NCBI GenBank assembly: GCA_913041415.1
Contig: CAJWHS010000003.1
Coordinates: 603-64,602, forward strand
Reading direction: 5' to 3'
From: an uncultured Acidimicrobiaceae bacterium
GTDB lineage: Bacteria > Actinomycetota > Acidimicrobiia > Acidimicrobiales > Aldehydirespiratoraceae
DNA length: 64,000 bases
Shown here piece by piece: positions 59,438-64,000 of the stretch (the first letter of the stretch is position 1; the number at the start of each line of letters is the position of its first letter). The notes beneath the pieces are model-generated. The model was not told the DNA's origin and did no database searches. It worked only from the letters and a program-made list of their open reading frames with translations. The translations under genes were made by a program, and so were the position numbers.

Positions 59438-60747
59438 GCGGTGCCCTTCGCCGGACGGATCGAGACCCGCTGCTCGTGGGACATGCGGACGAGCAGTGCA
59501 AGCAGGACATAGTTGGCGACGAGCGACGAACCGCCGTAGCTGACGAAGGGCAAGGTGATGCCGGTGAGTGGTACGATCCGCAATACCCCGCCGACGATCA
59601 CGAAGGTCTGCACGGCTAGGAGGGTGGTGAGGCCGAGCGCAAAGAGCTTCTCAAAGACTCGATCGGCCCGCAACGAAACCCGAAGGCCTGAGCCGATGAG
59701 GAGCAAGAACGCCATTAACACCGCCGCGGAGCCGGCGAGACCGAGTTCCTCCCCGATCGCGGCGAAGATGAAATCGGTTTCCGCAAACGGAATCCGGCCT
59801 GGTTCACCTTGACCGAGACCGGTGCCGGTGAGCCCGCCGTCGGCGAGCGCAAACGAACCCTCGACAATCTGGAAGCCATCGCCCTTCGGATCCGCAAACG
59901 GATCGAGCCAGATATCGACGCGCTTCTGCACGTGGTCGAACATCGTCCATGCTGCGAAGGCACCGGCGAAGAAGAGGACTGCGCCGACGGCAAGCACCAC
60001 CCACCGTTCGGAGGCGACCCACAGCACGACGACGAAGAGGGTGAAGAAGAGTAGCGACGAGCCGAGATCGCGCTGAAAGACCATCACGCCGAGCGAACCG
60101 GCCCACGCGATACCAATCGGCGCGAGATCACGAAGTTCGAGGCGGCTGCGCAGCAGTTCCCGCGAGTCGACCAGGTAGCCGGCGAAGAACGCCGCAAGGG
60201 TGAGTTTGGCGAACTCGCCGGGCTGAAAGTTGATCGGGCCGACGCTTGCCCAGATCCGAGCACCGTTGATCTCGGTGCCGAGCCCTGGAACGAGAGGAAT
60301 CATCAACAAGAGGAGCCCGCCAACCCCGAGGAGATAACGGTACTGCTCGATGACCCGAACTCGCGGCAAGAAAAGCAGCGTGGCGATGTAACCGCCAATC
60401 CCGATCGCCGTCCAGGTCGATTGGAGCGCAGCCAGGCTGCCGTCGAGGCGAGTAATGACGACATAGCCGAGCCCGTTGAGCAAGAGCGAGATCGGAAGGA
60501 AAACGGGGTCGGCTGCCGACGCAAAGTGACGGTTAGCCAGGTGGGCGACCGCACCGAGACCGAACATCCAGAGCAGGAAGGGCCCCAGGTTCGCGGGGAT
60601 CGCATCGTTGGTGCCGAAACTGGCGAGCCCGTAGGCGACGGCGACGGCGACCCCCACCATCACCAGCAGGCCCGTCTCGACACGCCGCGGCTTCATTGCA
60701 AGCAGCGGAGAGACCAGATGCGTCGGTGGCGACTCGGTGGCCGTCAT
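59434..60747 (-). CDS. rodA: FtsW/RodA/SpoVE-family peptidoglycan glycosyltransferase
   Basis: ORF 59434..60966; the likely start is ATG ending at 60747 (MTATESPP), 13 nt after the pstP stop. It is polytopic, with motifs QPGEFAK and the SEDS-family-typical TD.IFAAIGEELG. Confidence 0.9.
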   Translation of the reverse strand: MTATESPPTHLVSPLLAMKPRRVETGLLVMVGVAVAVAYGLASFGTNDAIPANLGPFLLWMFGLGAVAHLANRHFASAADPVFLPISLLLNGLGYVVITRLDGSLAALQSTWTAIGIGGYIATLLFLPRVRVIEQYRYLLGVGGLLLLMIPLVPGLGTEINGARIWASVGPINFQPGEFAKLTLAAFFAGYLVDSRELLRSRLELRDLAPIGIAWAGSLGVMVFQRDLGSSLLFFTLFVVVLWVASERWVVLAVGAVLFFAGAFAAWTMFDHVQKRVDIWLDPFADPKGDGFQIVEGSFALADGGLTGTGLGQGEPGRIPFAETDFIFAAIGEELGLAGSAAVLMAFLLLIGSGLRVSLRADRVFEKLFALGLTTLLAVQTFVIVGGVLRIVPLTGITLPFVSYGGSSLVANYVLLALLVRMSHEQRVSIRPAKGTA

Positions 60748-60760
60748 GATCGGCGGTGGA

Positions 60761-61933
60761 TCACGACCCCGAGGAGTCGCTCGAGTTCCGGAGGTTCTCG
60801 AGGTACAACTCGGCGGTTTCGAGCGCGTCGAAACGCTGGCCGTCGCGGACTGCAGTGACCGCTGTCGGGGGGAGTTCGTCGACATCGATGTCGGACTCGA
60901 CCTCGAGGGTCTGGTCGAAGAAGAGGAAGCCGCCGTCGCGTCCCTTGAGGATGACAACAGTGCCATTGTCGCCCTCGGAAACGGTGTAACCCGAACGCCC
61001 GATCGCTGAAACTGCGACGAGCATGCCGATCATGACGAAGAGCACCGCAGCGGTGACGAGGCCGACACGCCGCGTCACGGTCGGCGGCACAAACCCGCTT
61101 GGAGTCTCGTCGCGGCAAGGCCCGGAAGTGATCGGGCCGGCATCGCCGAGCACCTCGCCGGACAACGCCTTGTGGATGCCGGCAACGCGATCAGCGGGAC
61201 GCTCCACACCGGGGTCGGCCTCGACGACATCGACCACGACAACGGTGATATTGTCGCGGCCGCCAGCCTCACGGGCTCGGCGCACGAGTTCGTCGGCAGC
61301 ATCCTGTGGCGACAACGCGGACTGCAGAACCTCGTGGATCTCGCCATCGTCGATTTCACCGAAGAGTCCGTCGCTGCAGAGAACGTAGCGGTCGCCCACG
61401 ACAGGAATCAGCTCCCAGGCGTCGACAAGGACCTTGTCGTCGATACCGAGCGCCCGCGTCACGATGTTGCGCTGCGGGTGCACGGCGGCTTCGGCTCGGG
61501 TGAGACGACCGTCGCGGACGAGCGCTTCGACCAGGCTGTGGTCCTCGGTGTGCTGATGCAGACCGGAGTCGGTCATCCGGTAGAGCCGGCTGTCGCCGAC
61601 ATTGGCCACCCCGAGTCGATGGGATCCCGCCCGTTCGATGTCGGCGAGCATCACCACGGTGGTTCCCATGCCCCTGAACTCGGGCTGCTCACGGGCACGT
61701 TCGAGAATGTCGGCGTTGGCTTCCTGAACGCCTCGGACGAGATCGTTGATCGAGTTGATCGGGCCGATGTCGGCGAGGCGGTCGACGGCGACCTGTGAGG
61801 CAATCTCACCGCCGTTGTGGCCGCCCATGCCGTCGGCAACGACGAACACGGTGCCGGCGACAACAAACGTGTCCTCGTTGTGGGCTCGGACCTGGCCGAC
61901 ATCGGTGGCCGCACCGGATACGAAGGCGGTCAC
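60761..61933 (-). CDS. pstP: PP2C-family Ser/Thr phosphatase with membrane anchor (PstP/Stp)
   Basis: 390 aa with PP2C motifs (R..NED, VADGMGGH, LCSDGL), then one transmembrane helix and a small extracytoplasmic domain. The GTG start overlaps the fhaB stop. Confidence 0.92.
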   Translation of the reverse strand: MTAFVSGAATDVGQVRAHNEDTFVVAGTVFVVADGMGGHNGGEIASQVAVDRLADIGPINSINDLVRGVQEANADILERAREQPEFRGMGTTVVMLADIERAGSHRLGVANVGDSRLYRMTDSGLHQHTEDHSLVEALVRDGRLTRAEAAVHPQRNIVTRALGIDDKVLVDAWELIPVVGDRYVLCSDGLFGEIDDGEIHEVLQSALSPQDAADELVRRAREAGGRDNITVVVVDVVEADPGVERPADRVAGIHKALSGEVLGDAGPITSGPCRDETPSGFVPPTVTRRVGLVTAAVLFVMIGMLVAVSAIGRSGYTVSEGDNGTVVILKGRDGGFLFFDQTLEVESDIDVDELPPTAVTAVRDGQRFDALETAELYLENLRNSSDSSGS

Positions 61934-62427
61934 GCCAACTCCATCACATGTTCGCCGACCTGGATACGGTCACCGGGGCCGACGTTCTCGGGATGGTCGA
62001 GGACGTGGTCGTTCACCAGCGTGCCGTTGGTGGAGCGGAGATCCTCGACCATCCAACGGCCATCGTGTTGGAAGATGCGGGCGTGGACTTTGGAGACACG
62101 AGCGTCGTCGATCACGACCGCGCAGTTGGATGCCCGCCCGATGGTGGTCTCAGCCTGGAGTTCGAACACCTGGCCGGCCACGGTGGGAGGGGTGATCACG
62201 ACGAGTCGGGAACCAGCCTCGCCGTCGTCGTCGACGGGCGCAGCAGGCGGCGGCGCACCGGCGTGGGTCGACGCGCCGTTGGTGGCGGGCACGGCAGCCG
62301 GTCCCGGCACAACGACCGGATTCTCCGTACGCAGTTCGACCCAGACCGCCCGCAGCACCCGAAAGAAGGTGAGGTAGACGATCGCCAAGAGCCCAAGGCG
62401 CAAGAGGAAGAGGAATTGATCCGTCAA
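61930..62427 (-). CDS. fhaB: FHA-domain protein with N-terminal membrane helix (FhaB/FipA-like)
   Basis: 165 aa with an N-terminal hydrophobic helix and a C-terminal FHA domain (TIGRAS.C.VVIDD..VS..HARI......W.V.DL.STNGT.VN). Confidence 0.85.
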   Translation of the reverse strand: MTDQFLFLLRLGLLAIVYLTFFRVLRAVWVELRTENPVVVPGPAAVPATNGASTHAGAPPPAAPVDDDGEAGSRLVVITPPTVAGQVFELQAETTIGRASNCAVVIDDARVSKVHARIFQHDGRWMVEDLRSTNGTLVNDHVLDHPENVGPGDRIQVGEHVMELA

Positions 62428-62471
62428 GGTCGTGTGATCCTACTGACGTCGCTGCGGCCGATCGGGGGCGC

Positions 62472-63122
62472 CTAACCTGCGCGGAACTCGAACGAGGTCG
62501 TCGCGCCCAGCGAGACGATGTCGCCGTCGTCGAGGCGACGAGAGGTGATAGCGACGCCATTGACGGTGGTGCCGTTGGTGGAACCGAGATCCGTGAGCAC
62601 GAAACCATCGCCGTCCGGGCAGATCTCGGCATGTTCGCGGCTGACATTGGTGTCGTCGAACGTGATCGTGCACTCGGGAAGCCGACCAAAGGTGAGGCGG
62701 TACTCCCCGAGCACGACCTGCTGCCCGTTAGAGAGGTGCAACACGCCGGTGGCGCCATCGGCCTCCTTCATGCGGGCGTCGACGCGCAACTGGCCAGGTC
62801 GAACATTGGCGCCCTCGGTCAAGATGACCTGCACAGGGCCCATGAAGTTCCAACCGTCATCGCGTGCGGCCTCACGAGCGGCCTCGCAGAGTTCACGGAC
62901 GAGCGACTCCTCGACATCGGCGAAGTGGGCCAGGTCGGTCTCGTTGAGTTGGACCTCAAAGTGGTTGGGAACAACGGACTGCCCTTTCACACCGACAGAG
63001 CGGGAATCGGCCATCTCGCGCACGAGACGGTGCCCAATTTCCACTGGTCGAACGCCGCCGCGGAAGAAACGCCCGACGGCGCCGTCGACCAACCGTTCGA
63101 GTCGTCGTTCGACTGATCGCAT
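62472..63122 (-). CDS. fhaA: FHA-domain protein with DUF3662 (FhaA N-terminal) domain
   Basis: ORF 62472..63203; the likely start is ATG ending at 63122 (MRSVERRLERLVDG). The N-terminal FhaA_N-like domain joins directly to a C-terminal FHA domain (FGRLPECTITFDD.NVSR.HAEI......VL.DLGSTNGT.VN). Confidence 0.85.
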   Translation of the reverse strand: MRSVERRLERLVDGAVGRFFRGGVRPVEIGHRLVREMADSRSVGVKGQSVVPNHFEVQLNETDLAHFADVEESLVRELCEAAREAARDDGWNFMGPVQVILTEGANVRPGQLRVDARMKEADGATGVLHLSNGQQVVLGEYRLTFGRLPECTITFDDTNVSREHAEICPDGDGFVLTDLGSTNGTTVNGVAITSRRLDDGDIVSLGATTSFEFRAG

Positions 63123-63203
63123 GCCCACGACGGTGAGGATACCCCTGACGCAATCTGCGTGGGTTGCGGTACGCTCCTCCGAGCACTTTCCGGAGTGCGC
63201 CAC

Positions 63204-63287
63204 GCGCGAGTGGCGGAATTGGCAGACGCGCAGGCTTCAGGTGCCTGTGCCCGAAAGGGTGTGAGGGTTCAAGTCCCTCCTCGCGCA
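63204..63287 (+). tRNA. tRNA-Leu (anticodon CAG), long variable arm
   Basis: Manually folded: acceptor gcgcgag/ctcgcgc, anticodon loop ctTCAGgt reading CAG, a long variable arm (gcccgaaagggtg), and T-arm gaggg-ttcaagt-ccctc. It holds the same position as leuT beside fhaA in mycobacteria. Confidence 0.9.
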
Positions 63288-63359
63288 CAACACAGGCGGG
63301 TCCTCGGCCTTCTCACGAACCTCCGAGCCGATCTCGTCCGGCCGCTAACCTCGGCGGCG

Positions 63360-64000
63360 ATGGCCCCTGATCCTGCAACGCTGGTTTGGTACGCCTGCTA
63401 CGGCTCAAATTGCGCTCGCGATCGTTTCCTCGTGTACCTCACCAGCGGCCGTGCCGAGGGCGCTGACCACGACCACACGGGTGCCCGCAACGACGCACCG
63501 CCAATCGCCGACGGCCCCACCGTGTTCGGCACGGATATCTGCTTCGCTGGCCACTCCACCCGGTGGAACGGCGCGCCCGCCTTCCTCGAGCACCGCGCCG
63601 CTCCAACCGGAGCGCTCGGGCGCCGCTACCTCATCACCCTCGAGCAGTTCGCCGATGTCCAGGCTCAGGAAAACCGGATGCAGCCCGGTGGTCTCGAGTT
63701 TCCCGACAACATTCTCGACCTCACCCCCGGTCACCGGCAGACGGTGATCGACGGCGCCTACGGCGCAGTCGTCGCGCTCGACCCGTTCGACGGCCACCCG
63801 ACCTTCACCTTCACGGCGCCGACACCACCGGAACAGCGTCCCCCTGCGCCACCGAGTGCGCCGTATCTCGCCACCATCCTTCACGGACTCCGAGAGGTTC
63901 ACGACCTCGACGACACCGTCATCGTCGAGCGGGTCGGCCACTCCCCTGGGGTTCGACCGAACTGGAGCTCGGCAGCGATGTATCGGCTTCTCGACACGCC
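63360..64000 (+). CDS. hypothetical protein (partial, continues past right edge)
   Basis: Absent from the ORF track because no stop lies in the window. My translation from ATG 63360 is MAPDPATLVWYACYGSNCARDRFLVYLTSG...RRYLITLEQFADVQAQENR...APYLATILHGLREVHDLDD.... It is stop-free to the edge, with GC-rich third positions and protein-like composition. The opposite-strand ORF 63405..63941 looks like an antisense artefact. Confidence 0.55.
   Translation, partial: MAPDPATLVWYACYGSNCARDRFLVYLTSGRAEGADHDHTGARNDAPPIADGPTVFGTDICFAGHSTRWNGAPAFLEHRAAPTGALGRRYLITLEQFADVQAQENRMQPGGLEFPDNILDLTPGHRQTVIDGAYGAVVALDPFDGHPTFTFTAPTPPEQRPPAPPSAPYLATILHGLREVHDLDDTVIVERVGHSPGVRPNWSSAAMYRLLDT

Noticed and set aside
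60748-60966. Extended N-termini suggested by the ORF track for rodA (to 60966), ctaC (to 28102), the CtaF-like gene (to 28931), the subunit III-like gene (to 29481), clpB (to 44146), fhaA (to 63203) and the amt regulator (to 51414).
   Set aside because: The extensions overlap the preceding genes or have Ser/Arg/Pro-rich non-coding composition. Internal starts with RBS-like sequences give products that begin where the family homology begins.
63405-63941. Minus-strand ORF of 178 aa near the right edge.
   Set aside because: Its composition (runs of R, E, G, V, such as RRTRWRRGTLFRWCRRREGEGR) looks like an antisense artefact. The plus-strand frame from ATG 63360 is stop-free to the window end, with protein-like sequence and GC-rich third positions.

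Overview
High-GC, gene-dense chromosomal core segment of actinobacterial type. Gene order and families suggest a deep-branching actinobacterium such as an Acidimicrobiia-like lineage, but this is inference only. I support about 60 CDS (two are partial, at the window edges), 4 tRNAs (Glu-Asp-Phe cluster and Leu), several stem-loop terminators and two HspR-type operators. I saw no rRNA, CRISPR array, transposase, integrase or prophage signal.

Layout from left to right:
- Sugar hydrolases and miscellaneous metabolism: GH2 fragment, SDR, msrA, GH3, D-aminoacylase, isochorismatase-like, aspartate kinase, MBL hydrolases, dut, orn.
- A WhiB7-like regulator with a long structured leader.
- Cytochrome c maturation genes (ResA/TlpA-like, CcdA), pdxH and a crcB pair.
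- The chain serS - methyltransferase - ornithine-cyclodeaminase-like - threonine-dehydratase-like.
- An 8-gene minus-strand caa3-type cytochrome oxidase operon flanked by ctaB and ctaA, then clpS.
- tRNAs, fadH-like, malic enzyme, purB, purA.
- The heat-shock block: clpB, then dnaK-grpE-dnaJ-hspR.
- amt with an atypical OmpR-type regulator, then a membrane Fe-S oxidoreductase.
- The conserved actinobacterial cell-wall signalling cluster: pabA/trpG, pknB, pbpA, rodA, pstP, fhaB, fhaA, tRNA-Leu.

Most interesting observations:
1. The oxidase operon starts with three extra genes: a subunit-I paralogue in which, by my manual alignment, every canonical heme/CuB histidine ligand is substituted; a subunit-III paralogue; and a CtaF-like membrane protein with a His/Asp/Glu tail.
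2. The position normally held by pknA contains a kinase-less, four-PASTA duplicate of the pknB ectodomain. It includes a block of about 250 bp identical to pknB, which suggests gene conversion.
3. The WhiB7-like gene carries an upstream ORF plus a terminator-type attenuator.

All calls rest on reading the sequence and the ORF track. No database search was run.
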